Notes under the pieces: model-generated | The model's database searches: none | Seen by the model: the letters and a program-made list of their open reading frames with translations, nothing else | What the model was told of the DNA's origin: nothing | NCBI GenBank assembly: GCA_016930635.1 | Contig: JAFGGI010000019.1 | Coordinates: forward strand, 9,929-73,928 | Direction: 5' to 3' | Length of the DNA stretch: 64,000 nucleotides | From: Sedimentisphaerales bacterium | GTDB lineage: Bacteria; Planctomycetota; Phycisphaerae; Sedimentisphaerales; UBA12454 | Translations under genes and position numbers: made by a program | In this document: in pieces, positions 9,889 to 18,850 of the stretch | How the letters are laid out: each line of letters opens with the position of its first letter | Position numbering within the stretch: position 1 is the stretch's first letter

Positions 9889-10320
9889 TTAACTTTCCGG
9901 ATTTTGTTTTAAGCTTGTTATCATTTTTTCTGCCGCCATAGTAGTTGGGCAGACACATTCAATACCTATTGCTTTGCAGAAAGACTCTTTATCGGGATCA
10001 ATAATTCTGACAAATACTTTTGGGACATTGAATCTGTTTTTAGCTATCTGGGCAGCCATGATGTTCACATTTTCATCATGGGTTGCACCAATTACGACAT
10101 CGGCCTTATCAATTTTTGCTTGCTTAAGAACGCCAAGCTCAGTTGCATCACCTTCTATTCTGAACCCGCTGAACTGATCCGGAGTTAATGCATCAAAAGC
10201 AGTTGTGCTGATATCTACCACGACAATGCTGTGCCCTTCATTGCTTAGTTTATTTGCAAGTAATGAACCGAGCCTGCCGCATCCAATTACAACAATATAT
10301 AAATTATGATTCGAAGTCAT
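9889..10320 (-). CDS. TrkA-N (RCK N-domain only) protein
   Basis: Rossmann-type RCK_N sequence VVIGCGRLGSLLANKL. 143 aa with no C-domain. Confidence 0.75.
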   Translation of the reverse strand: MTSNHNLYIVVIGCGRLGSLLANKLSNEGHSIVVVDISTTAFDALTPDQFSGFRIEGDATELGVLKQAKIDKADVVIGATHDENVNIMAAQIAKNRFNVPKVFVRIIDPDKESFCKAIGIECVCPTTMAAEKMITSLKQNPES

Positions 10321-10335
10321 CTTCTATGCCCGTAA

Positions 10336-11022
10336 TTAATAGGATGTTTTTTCATCGATTTTAATTTTCTCATCCGCATTGAGATTTGCATGAGTAGATC
10401 TGCTTAAATTATCCTGGGCTGGCTTATAAGTTGAGTCAAGTGAGAGAGCTGCCCTGTAATTTTTTTGACCTTCAAGTCTGTCGCCCTGTATTTCGCACAA
10501 TGCACCTAAAAAATTAAACGCATCAGGCCGAGATGGCTCCAGCGATATAGCTTTTTTGACATGCTCAACAGCTGCTTCCAAATGGTTGTCTTTAACACAT
10601 TGCTTGGCTAGTTTCAGACATGAATCATAATCTTGCTTTTTATCTTTGCCGTTTGACTCTCTTTGAATAAATTTAGAAACCAATTCCCTGATCTCTTTAG
10701 GAGTAAAAGGCTTCTGGATGAAATCAACAGCACCTTGCTTCATTGCCTCTACCGCCGAATCAATCGTGCCATGAGCGGTAACAATTATAATTTTGACATC
10801 AGGCCTATCCTTGCTGAGTCTGTCAAGTACCTGCATGCCATCAATTCCCGGCATGCGTAAATCAAGCAGTACAAGCCCGAAATCACCGTCTTCGAGTTTT
10901 GATAAAGCTTCCTCACCGTTTACAGCTGTGTCAATTTCAACATCCATATCCTCTAAGGACTGGGTAACAGTCATTCGGATATTTTTTTCGTCATCCACGA
11001 TAAGTATTTTGTTCGCTTTCAT
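10336..11022 (-). CDS. response regulator, receiver domain fused to TPR-like C-terminus
   Basis: KILIVDDEKNIR...LVLLDLRMPG...IIVTAHG receiver motifs. The ATG at 11022 is preceded by GGAGG; the ORF-track N-extension is rejected. Confidence 0.85.
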   Translation of the reverse strand: MKANKILIVDDEKNIRMTVTQSLEDMDVEIDTAVNGEEALSKLEDGDFGLVLLDLRMPGIDGMQVLDRLSKDRPDVKIIIVTAHGTIDSAVEAMKQGAVDFIQKPFTPKEIRELVSKFIQRESNGKDKKQDYDSCLKLAKQCVKDNHLEAAVEHVKKAISLEPSRPDAFNFLGALCEIQGDRLEGQKNYRAALSLDSTYKPAQDNLSRSTHANLNADEKIKIDEKTSY

Positions 11023-11042
11023 ATTAATACCTCCGATTAAAG

Positions 11043-12896
11043 TTAGCCTGCTACAGGAACAGTAAATGTAAAAGTGCTTCCATGATCGGGCTGTGAATCT
11101 ACCCATATCGTTCCGCCATGAGCCCGAACAATTTCTTTGCATATTGCCAATCCTAATCCGGTTCCGCCAAGTGCCTTTTCAGTTTTTACCTGAACAAATT
11201 TATCAAATATTCTTGATTGATATTCATAAGGAATTCCTGCCCCATTATCTGCAACAGAGATGTGTATCTGAGAACCCACTTCTTCTGCCGACAATTTAAT
11301 AAAGCCGTTAGCTTCTGTATAGCGCAAGGAATTTGAAATAAGATTGGTCAAAACCCATGTTATCTTGTTAACGTCAGCTTCAATATTGGGCAAATCAGGA
11401 ATGGACTCGTAGGACAAATCAATGTTTTTTTCCTCAGCCTGGTTTTTTAGCACTGCGACAGCCTTTTCAAGAAGCAATTCAACTGGAACTGAATCAAAAT
11501 CAATATCCATTTTACCTGCCTCTATCTTTGAAATATCCAGCAGGTCATTAACAAGTGCTTTAAGTCTTTGAACTTCTTCATCAGCTGCCAAAAGCAGTTC
11601 AGCCTCTTTTGAGTTCAGTTTATCAATAGCTTTTTCCCTTAAAAGAGAAATGCTCATCCCCATGCTTGTAAGCGGTGTTCTCAATTCATGAGAAGCAGCC
11701 ATCACGAACTCAGTCTTTAATCTGTCCAGTTCCTTCAGGCGGGTAACATCACGAAGAAGCAAAACCATACTGACCACCGATTCTTTTCCTATAATTACCG
11801 GGGTTGCGGAAAAAAGAAAATACCGCTGCACTTGACCGCTTTCAATTGTCAGTATGTTGGCATTGGGGTCTTGATCTTTTTTGACGATTCCTGCCTCCAA
11901 AGCCTGTTTAAGATAATTATAGAGCTTCTCATCCTTTGTAATTTCAAGCAGGTGGCTGCCTTTGATTTCATCAGAAGTCTTTTTGAAAATATCCGCTGCT
12001 GTAGGATTAATATCTTCAATTTTCAGTTCAGAATTTAATACGATCAGTCCGTCATCAATACTTCGAATAATGGCTTCACTCTTGTGTTTTTCGCTAAGTA
12101 TTTGCTTAACATTCAAATCACGATAGGCTTTTAATTTTTTAACCATTAGGTTAAAATCATTAGCCATCACTCCAAGTTCGTCACGTGAGTTGGCTTTTAC
12201 CTGAATATCATAATCACCTTCAGAAATTTTTTGAGTGGCATTGATTATCTGGTGAACCGGTTTTACGATAAGTCCCGCTAGCAGAAGACTGAATCCAAGT
12301 CCTGTAATAACAGAAACCGAACCGGCTGTAAAAACAGACCAGAATGCCCGATCAGCGACACTGTTAGCCCTGCTGCTGGCATTGAACATTGTTTCCTGAT
12401 TAATTTCTCTAAGCTTAACACACTCAGCCCTTACATCTTTAAAGGATGGAAGTACTGTCTCGTGATAGTATTCTGCCGCCTTGCTCGTATCGGTTTCTAC
12501 TATTGAGCTTAGATTAGTAAAAAAGATCAAATACTCTGAATAACCGTCACTGATCTTTTTAATAACAGATTCTTCGCCTGAGATTGTTATATTATCTCTG
12601 GCTCTGCCCAGCCATTGAAGAAAGTGACTCTCATTTTCACGAAACTGCTTTAATGCCTCATTCGGATAGTTCAACATGAGAAGCAGGATGGCACTGTCCT
12701 GCCTTTCAATTGAATCAACCATGTTCTCTGCTGCTAAAATACTTTTGTAATTTTCCCTGAGGATAGCATCAGCGGCATTGCCAAGGCGAACCATATTTAT
12801 CAAAGACCATACAATTACCGCAATAATAAGGCACAGTGCCAGACTATAACCGATCAGTATCTTTTTTCTTAATGTCCAGTATATCTTGCGTTCCAT
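11043..12896 (-). CDS. sensor histidine kinase (2 TM, periplasmic helical domain, HAMP, PAS, HisKA, HATPase_c)
   Basis: HAMP region, H-box SHELRTPLTS, DNGAGIP and GGTGLGLAICKEIV. Confidence 0.9.
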   Translation of the reverse strand: MERKIYWTLRKKILIGYSLALCLIIAVIVWSLINMVRLGNAADAILRENYKSILAAENMVDSIERQDSAILLLMLNYPNEALKQFRENESHFLQWLGRARDNITISGEESVIKKISDGYSEYLIFFTNLSSIVETDTSKAAEYYHETVLPSFKDVRAECVKLREINQETMFNASSRANSVADRAFWSVFTAGSVSVITGLGFSLLLAGLIVKPVHQIINATQKISEGDYDIQVKANSRDELGVMANDFNLMVKKLKAYRDLNVKQILSEKHKSEAIIRSIDDGLIVLNSELKIEDINPTAADIFKKTSDEIKGSHLLEITKDEKLYNYLKQALEAGIVKKDQDPNANILTIESGQVQRYFLFSATPVIIGKESVVSMVLLLRDVTRLKELDRLKTEFVMAASHELRTPLTSMGMSISLLREKAIDKLNSKEAELLLAADEEVQRLKALVNDLLDISKIEAGKMDIDFDSVPVELLLEKAVAVLKNQAEEKNIDLSYESIPDLPNIEADVNKITWVLTNLISNSLRYTEANGFIKLSAEEVGSQIHISVADNGAGIPYEYQSRIFDKFVQVKTEKALGGTGLGLAICKEIVRAHGGTIWVDSQPDHGSTFTFTVPVAG

Positions 12897-12940
12897 TGCT
12901 TAAATTCCTTGCACAAAAAAAATTCTATATGATTTTATAA

Positions 12941-12957
12941 ATGCAAACGGCATGCCT
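12941..12957 (-). promoter_or_regulatory. sigma-54 (-24/-12) promoter
   Basis: The minus strand reads aGGCATGccgtTTGCAt, which matches TGGCAC-N5-TTGCW with correct GG/GC spacing. About 45 nt upstream of the kinase ATG. Confidence 0.75.
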
Positions 12958-13011
12958 AAAATAAACCGATTTTTTGGCTTGAAACAGCGATTGCCAGCGA
13001 TAAACCTTGTG

Positions 13012-13056
13012 AAATGCAAAGTGGGAAGAATGCAACCTTGCAAAATGCAAGGTGGG
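13012..13056. promoter_or_regulatory. putative enhancer (UAS) for the NtrC-type activator
   Basis: AAATGCAA(A/G)GTGGG repeated 31 nt apart (13012 and 13043), flanking the inverted repeat TGCAA-CC-TTGCA (13031-13042). 55-115 nt upstream of the sigma-54 promoter. Confidence 0.5.
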
Positions 13057-13086
13057 TTTGAGATTGAAAAGTAAAAGGGAATGTGA

Positions 13087-14448
13087 TTATATATCGTAGG
13101 CTTTACGTTTCCGCCAGAGGGTTGCCTGATCAATACCAAGGATATCCGCTGCTTCCTGTAGTGATTTTGTGGAAGCTAAAATACGCCGGATGTGTTCTTC
13201 CTCGACTTTATCCAAAGAAATATTGTCACCCAATTTTGCGTGGGTTTTAGCAGGTCTAATAGTTTCGGGAAGATTTTCAATACTGATCGCATCTAATTTG
13301 CATAAAATTACTGCCCGCTCAATTACATTTCGCAGTTCACGAATATTACCCGGCCAACAGTGTTGTTTCAGTGCAGATAATGCATCTTCCGTAAATCCGG
13401 CGATGCTTTTATGATTTTGGCTGTTGAAAAACGCCAGCATATTTTCAGCCATATTTTGGACATCATCAGGCCTTTCACTCAAGGGCGGTATAAATATCTC
13501 AAAAACATTTAGGCGATAATAAAGGTCTTCGCGAAAACGTCCATCTTGTACAGCCTGTTGCAAATCAACATTTGTGGCAGCAATGATCCTTATATCGGCA
13601 GTCAATGTGCGATGATCGCCTACACGTTCATATTCTTTTTCCTGAATAAAACGTAAAAGTTTTGGCTGTAAAGTTAACGGTAGGTCTGCGATTTCATCAA
13701 GCAGAATTGTGCCTCCCTGGCACATGGCAATCCGGCCCGGATTATCTTTTATTGCCCCTGTAAAAGCTCCTTTAACATGACCGAATAACTCACTTTCCAA
13801 TAGTTCAGATTGCAATGCCGGACATGAAATCACTCCGAAAGGTTTATCGCTTCGGTTGCTCCATGAATGTATAGCTTTTGCCAACACGGTTTTACCGGTT
13901 CCACTGGGGCCTCTTAATAATACAATTGCATCGGATTCTGCCACCTGATGGGCCTGCTCTACAGCTTTTTGCATCGTGGCATATTTGCTGGAAAACATTG
14001 GTTCCGGTCCGGACTGTGTAAGATCATGCTGAAGCTGAGAAATATGCTGCTCCATGGATTGAACCTGTTGTATTCTGTTGAGGATGATAGCTACATTTTC
14101 AGGATCAAAAGGTTTAGGGATATAGTCGATAGCGCCTTTTTGAATAGCTTCTACAGCAGTGTCAATAGATGCATATGCAGTGATAACCACTATTTTTGCC
14201 CATGGTGCGGCTGTTTTGACATCAGGGATCAAATCCAGACCATTTGTTTGCCCCAGCCTCAAGTCTAAAAACACAAGATCGAAAACTTCTGTGCCGATCT
14301 CATTTAGGGCATCCTTGGCATTGCTCACCGCTTTTACATAGTGCCCCTCGCCCTCAAGGTAAATCCCCAGAGTTTTACGTATATTCGCTTCGTCATCTAC
14401 TATTAGAATCCGAAGAGCTAGCGGTATATTTCTTTCATGCATTGACAT
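13087..14448 (-). CDS. sigma-54-dependent response regulator (NtrC/Fis family: REC + AAA+ + HTH)
   Basis: Receiver motifs, Walker A GPSGTGKT, GAFTGA loop, ESELFGH and C-terminal Fis-type HTH. Confidence 0.92.
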   Translation of the reverse strand: MSMHERNIPLALRILIVDDEANIRKTLGIYLEGEGHYVKAVSNAKDALNEIGTEVFDLVFLDLRLGQTNGLDLIPDVKTAAPWAKIVVITAYASIDTAVEAIQKGAIDYIPKPFDPENVAIILNRIQQVQSMEQHISQLQHDLTQSGPEPMFSSKYATMQKAVEQAHQVAESDAIVLLRGPSGTGKTVLAKAIHSWSNRSDKPFGVISCPALQSELLESELFGHVKGAFTGAIKDNPGRIAMCQGGTILLDEIADLPLTLQPKLLRFIQEKEYERVGDHRTLTADIRIIAATNVDLQQAVQDGRFREDLYYRLNVFEIFIPPLSERPDDVQNMAENMLAFFNSQNHKSIAGFTEDALSALKQHCWPGNIRELRNVIERAVILCKLDAISIENLPETIRPAKTHAKLGDNISLDKVEEEHIRRILASTKSLQEAADILGIDQATLWRKRKAYDI

Positions 14449-14701
14449 TTATATTCATAATCCGTGTTTGTTAAGGAAAATATTTTATCATAAACTTCTT
14501 ATATATCAATAACTAAGATTCTATTTCGCTTGGGCTTTTATCAGTCGCTAATCACAACCACAAAAACCGGTAAGATTCAAGTCCGTTATTCATGATTATC
14601 AAGAATATTCGGTTTACGAATATCTGCCGAAATCGGATTGACTTAACAAATGTTAGAATTCACATTTGCTGCAATTCTGGAACAAATCCTCGTATGCAAA
14701 A

Positions 14702-15874
14702 CTACGATCCAACAAGTTCGGAAGTATTGCTGAAATTCAGCATGTGCGTTGTTTCAGATTGGGTTTCCATTTCGCCTGCATAAACAACCGAACCGGGCAA
14801 GGCCTCATCGAACCGATTGCAGAAATGCTTCAATTCCTTAGTCATATCCGGTGAATATGTCATCGCTGCCTTGATTTCGACAGGTTTTAGCTGTCGATGC
14901 TGGCGTATGATCAGGTCAACTTCATGGCCTTTGGTGTCCCGATAAAAATACAGGTTCGGCATCTGTCCTGCATTGAGTCTGGCCTTGAGAGCCTCGACAA
15001 CAACCATATTCTCGAAAAGATTCCCCATAAGAGGATCACGTGCGATTTGTTTGGCTGTTTCTATTTCCAACAGCCATGCGACCAGTCCGGGCTCTGTGAA
15101 ATACAGCTTGGGTGTCTTGATGGCACGCTTGTTGGCGTTTTCGAACCATGGCGGCAGTCGGAAAATGATAAACGAGGACTCAAGCACCGAAAGCCACTCA
15201 TTCAACGATGAGCGCGATACCCCGACATCACCTGCCAATGAACTGATATTGATAACCTGTCCGACCCGGCCAGCCAGTACCCGCATAAACTTTTCAAATA
15301 ACAGTAAGTCACGAATTGCAGCAAGCTGACGGAGGTCTCTCTCGATATAGTTCTGGAAATACTCCGAGTAAAGCGTTGTCGGGCGAATATCCTCGTGATA
15401 AAGACGAGGCATGAAACCCTTGAACAATATTTCATCTCTTTCAATCTTTACTCCTGCACTCTTCAGTTCTGCCAATGACAGAGGCAGTAATCTAAGCAAG
15501 GCAGTACGGCCAGCAAGCGATTGGCTTACTGCCGCTGCAAGCCCCATCTGATGACTGCCGGTGAGGATATATTGGCCCCGCTTACTTGTCTGGTCAGCGT
15601 AAACCTGTATATAGGAGAGAAGTTCGGGGGCACGCTGGACTTCGTCAATAATAACCGGTGCGGGATATGCACTAAAAAAAGCCTTCGGATCGCTTTGGGC
15701 CAATTTACGGACATCCGGCAATTCCAGATTGGCATAGGCGTATCCCTGACAGTACCGTTTGGCAAGCGAAGTTTTTCCGGACTGCCTGGGGCCGGTAATA
15801 GTCACCACCGGATACTCTTTACATACCCGGCTAAGTTCAACCTCTATCGAGCGATTTATCCATTTTATAGCCAT
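14702..15874 (-). CDS. AAA ATPase with DUF4143-type C-terminal nuclease-like domain
   Basis: Walker A GPRQSGKTS, IIDEVQ, and C-terminal EVDLI...VEIK (PD-(D/E)xK-like). Paralogue of 37547-38779. Start set at the internal ATG (MAIKWINR). Confidence 0.7.
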   Translation of the reverse strand: MAIKWINRSIEVELSRVCKEYPVVTITGPRQSGKTSLAKRYCQGYAYANLELPDVRKLAQSDPKAFFSAYPAPVIIDEVQRAPELLSYIQVYADQTSKRGQYILTGSHQMGLAAAVSQSLAGRTALLRLLPLSLAELKSAGVKIERDEILFKGFMPRLYHEDIRPTTLYSEYFQNYIERDLRQLAAIRDLLLFEKFMRVLAGRVGQVINISSLAGDVGVSRSSLNEWLSVLESSFIIFRLPPWFENANKRAIKTPKLYFTEPGLVAWLLEIETAKQIARDPLMGNLFENMVVVEALKARLNAGQMPNLYFYRDTKGHEVDLIIRQHRQLKPVEIKAAMTYSPDMTKELKHFCNRFDEALPGSVVYAGEMETQSETTHMLNFSNTSELVGS

Positions 15875-16195
15875 AAGCTTATCCTTTGTATTGGGATATC
15901 TTTTTAATTTCTTATAAGGCCAATCATAGCATATATGGAACATATTGCAAGGTTTAGTTATCAATATATCCCACTATTGCCATTTCAGAAAAGTCTCATT
16001 TTTCTGCTATTATGAACAAAATGACGACAGATGTTAGTTTCTATCATTAGCTTATATCGGATATTTTGCTACCTTTACTTTGCAATTTATCCCATATTTC
16101 TTGTTTTCAGCTTAGGGGTTAACAGTCTGAAAATGATAGAATTTGAGAAATTGATGAGATTGTAAGGCGTTATATAGTAAGTGGTTATGTATTTG

Positions 16196-16236
16196 GGCTG
16201 TTAACCATTCGGTCGAAAACCAGGAAGTATGTTTTT
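16196..16236 (+). other. degenerate tRNA-Asn anticodon-arm/3'-half fragment
   Basis: GGCTGTTAACC is identical to tRNA positions 5381-5391 and lies at the same 34-nt offset from the start of the direct repeat. The following bases are only partly conserved (GGTCG retained). Confidence 0.55.
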
Positions 16237-16458
16237 GAGCTTTATATTGGGTCGCTAAACTAAGCGACCCAACTGTTAACAACAAAGGCCGCAGGATAAA
16301 ACCTGTGGCCTTTTTCTTTTAAGTGCCTTTCTATAAAGACTTAGCGAACATTCCCCTGTTGTTCCAAAATCTCACCTGTTCGAAACCGAAAATATAGCTG
16401 TTCGATCTGAACTCGTGGTTTCCGGATCGAACCTTGATTCTAACTCGAAACACTCTCT
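16237..16458 (+). repeat. direct repeat copy B
   Basis: Aligns with 5422-5642, including both hairpins. Confidence 0.9.
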
Positions 16459-16520
16459 GTTTCTCTACAAAACTAAAACCGCATGGTTAACAACACTTCT
16501 TCAAAAAAACTCTTGACAAA

Positions 16521-17675
16521 TTGCAGACTATGAGTAGCATGACTTGTATAAATAACAGTTATGAAAAGTTAAGTATAAGATTAAAGATGACCCTAAAAAT
16601 AGACAATCGTTGCGATATTAATAACCGGAAAATTTTACCAACCAGTACGGTAGGTAGAGGTAAAACGGTATCAATTAAATCAAAACCATCTTTTGAGACT
16701 TGGAGTGACCAATATGTGTCATTGTATTTGGGAAATAGTTTAGAATTTTATAATGTTTGGACACCACCAACGGTTATAGTTTCTGATGGAGCTTATGGAA
16801 TTCTTGGATTTGAAGGCGATACTTCTGACCATTTGGGGCTGCCCGATTGGTATGAACAACACATCAAAGCATGGTCAAAATATGCATTACCTGAAACAAC
16901 GCTATGGTTTTGGAATTCGGAAATAGGATGGGCGGCTGTACACCCAATTCTGGAAAAATATGGTTGGAGATATCAAAATTGCAACATTTGGAACAAGGGT
17001 AAAGCTCATATTGCTGGCAATGTAAACACTCAAAAAATCAGACGCTTTCCTGTTGTAAGTGAAGTTTGCGTTCAATACACTTTTGAGGTAAAAATCGATG
17101 GATTGATTTTAAAACAATGGTTAAAAAAAGAATGGCAAAGAACAGGGCTACCACTTAAAAAAGCAAATGAGGCTTGTGGAGTTCGTGATGCAGCCGTTAG
17201 AAAATATTTAGACCAAGGCCATCTTTGGTACTACCCTCCACCTGAAATGTTTATTTTGTTACAGGAATATGCAAATAAATTTGGAGCCCCAGAAGGCCGA
17301 CCCTATTTTTCCTTAGATGGAAAGAGTCCTTGTTCAAAAAAAAAATGGTCAAAAATGAGAGCCAAATTTAAATGCCCACATGGATTTACAAATATATGGG
17401 ATAGAAATCCAACTAATGGCAAGGAAAGGATCAAATCCCCCAATGGCAAGGCAGCCCATTTAAACCAAAAACCTTTAGACCTGATGGAATTAATTATCGA
17501 ATCCTCTAGTTCTGTTGGCGACGTTATTTGGGAACCATTTGGAGGTTTATTTTCAGCGAGTCTTGCTGCAACTCAAATAAAACGCCATGCCTTTGCTGCT
17601 GAAATAGATAGCACATATTTTCAATTAGGAGTTGAAAGGTTTACTACAAATTTTCAGGGGCAAAAGTTATTTTGA
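16521..17675 (+). CDS. DNA methyltransferase (N4/N6, beta-class order) of a type II R-M system
   Basis: HLNQKPLDLMELII (HxxQKP-type motif) followed by EPFGGLFSAS (motif I-like). N-terminal VIVSDGAYG sits where DPPY/SPPY is expected. Start uncertain: TTG 16521, or ATG 16530/16587. Confidence 0.65.
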   Translation: MQTMSSMTCINNSYEKLSIRLKMTLKIDNRCDINNRKILPTSTVGRGKTVSIKSKPSFETWSDQYVSLYLGNSLEFYNVWTPPTVIVSDGAYGILGFEGDTSDHLGLPDWYEQHIKAWSKYALPETTLWFWNSEIGWAAVHPILEKYGWRYQNCNIWNKGKAHIAGNVNTQKIRRFPVVSEVCVQYTFEVKIDGLILKQWLKKEWQRTGLPLKKANEACGVRDAAVRKYLDQGHLWYYPPPEMFILLQEYANKFGAPEGRPYFSLDGKSPCSKKKWSKMRAKFKCPHGFTNIWDRNPTNGKERIKSPNGKAAHLNQKPLDLMELIIESSSSVGDVIWEPFGGLFSASLAATQIKRHAFAAEIDSTYFQLGVERFTTNFQGQKLF

Positions 17676-18552
17676 ATTTTTCGTGGAGAGTTGAAGACAG
17701 GCTGCTTTCGCTTCCTCGGAAAAGTAACTGACTCCACTCTTGTATTGACTTACCATGAATTTGTTTTAAGAGAACTTTTGATTTGAAGGCTTCAATTTGG
17801 GAGTGATTTATCCTGTCCATTTTAGCGAAATTGGTATCTAGCCTATAAGGGTATTTTGCTATCAATTCACGAAGTTTAATCTGATACTCCCTCGTAGGTT
17901 TATAATGACTACCATCAGCACCCCATGATTCCACAATTTTTTTTGCAGATTCAAACTGCTTTGGGTTACCTTGCCATTTATAACCATTTGTATTAGTCTG
18001 TTGTAGATTTCGAGTACGGGAAGTAGTGTCCTCCGGCTCTAAAACCAAATAATCTGGTGGATTGTGATAGTGTTCATCTCTTGCTTCAGCAATTGATAGA
18101 CCAGAGAATACACAAACATCAATAATTTCAGGATATCCAAATATTAAATTCTCTGGCAACCAAGCAAGCATGACAACGTGTGTTTTATCTTGCCCGAAAT
18201 GATTTTGGGAATCCTTGAAGCGTGCTGTGATCTCGGTTGCAAGAGGAAACCAAGCCTTAATTTCGAAACCCGGAGGCGGATCAATATCCCCTTCAAAAAG
18301 AGCGTCTGGAAAATCTGGGTCTTGGCGTTTCCAACTCCCAATAGATTTAAATTCATCGAGTGTATTTAAAAACTCAATTGTATTAAACTCAATAAGATTT
18401 CCAAGAATCGGTGAAAGCTTTGAAACAACTTTAGATAAGTTTAGAGCAAAAGCCATGGAATGAGGCTTGCCGATAATTAAAGAATCAAACCTATGCCCTT
18501 TGAGTCTTTGCAAGTGCTCACTCGCAATCTGAATGGCTTCCTGTGTATTCAT
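17644..18552 (-). CDS. putative type II restriction endonuclease
   Basis: Co-transcribed with and 4-nt overlapped by the controller gene; convergent with the methyltransferase. PD...(E)IK-like motif (PDFPD...GFEIKAW). Confidence 0.55.
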   Translation of the reverse strand: MNTQEAIQIASEHLQRLKGHRFDSLIIGKPHSMAFALNLSKVVSKLSPILGNLIEFNTIEFLNTLDEFKSIGSWKRQDPDFPDALFEGDIDPPPGFEIKAWFPLATEITARFKDSQNHFGQDKTHVVMLAWLPENLIFGYPEIIDVCVFSGLSIAEARDEHYHNPPDYLVLEPEDTTSRTRNLQQTNTNGYKWQGNPKQFESAKKIVESWGADGSHYKPTREYQIKLRELIAKYPYRLDTNFAKMDRINHSQIEAFKSKVLLKQIHGKSIQEWSQLLFRGSESSLSSTLHEKFKITFAPENL

Positions 18553-18800
18553 TTTTTCTTCTCAGAAAGTGTTAACAATTGGATTACACTTACATCAAGA
18601 GCGTGAGCTAATAACTCCAAAGAACTTAATGTAACATTACGTTCAGATCTTTCAACAGACCCAACATAGGTTCGATGCAAACCTGACAGTTCCGCTAATT
18701 TTTCCTGAGATAAATTTCGTTCCCGTCTTAGCTCGCGAATATTCTTGGCAAGAATATCTGCAATTTCTTTTGATGGTTTTCGAAAAGTTTTATTTTCCAT
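18549..18800 (-). CDS. controller (C) protein, XRE-family HTH
   Basis: 83-aa HTH protein (LSQEKLAELSGLHRTYVGSVERSERN), located immediately upstream of the nuclease gene. Confidence 0.8.
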   Translation of the reverse strand: MENKTFRKPSKEIADILAKNIRELRRERNLSQEKLAELSGLHRTYVGSVERSERNVTLSSLELLAHALDVSVIQLLTLSEKKK

Positions 18801-18850
18801 ATAGCAACTCTAATATAAAATTTTATGAGACAAATTATCATCAAATGCAC

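Larger units (their letters stand above)
5422..16236. mobile_element. candidate integrated genomic island at tRNA-Asn (serine-recombinase type)
   Basis: Segment between two ~221-nt direct repeats, beginning at the 3' end of tRNA-Asn. A large serine recombinase gene lies 500 nt from the left end and a tRNA anticodon-arm fragment sits at the right end. Confidence 0.5.

Noticed and set aside
9878-11142. N-terminal extensions given by the ORF track for trkA (to 9958) and the REC-TPR regulator (to 11142)
   Set aside because: The extensions overlap the upstream genes and have implausible Cys/Trp-rich sequence. Internal ATGs give canonical domain starts, and the regulator's ATG is preceded by GGAGG.
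12900-13139. 79-aa minus-strand ORF between the NtrC-type gene and the kinase gene
   Set aside because: It spans the sigma-54 promoter and the TGCAA enhancer repeats and overlaps the 3' end of the NtrC-type gene. It is better explained as regulatory DNA.
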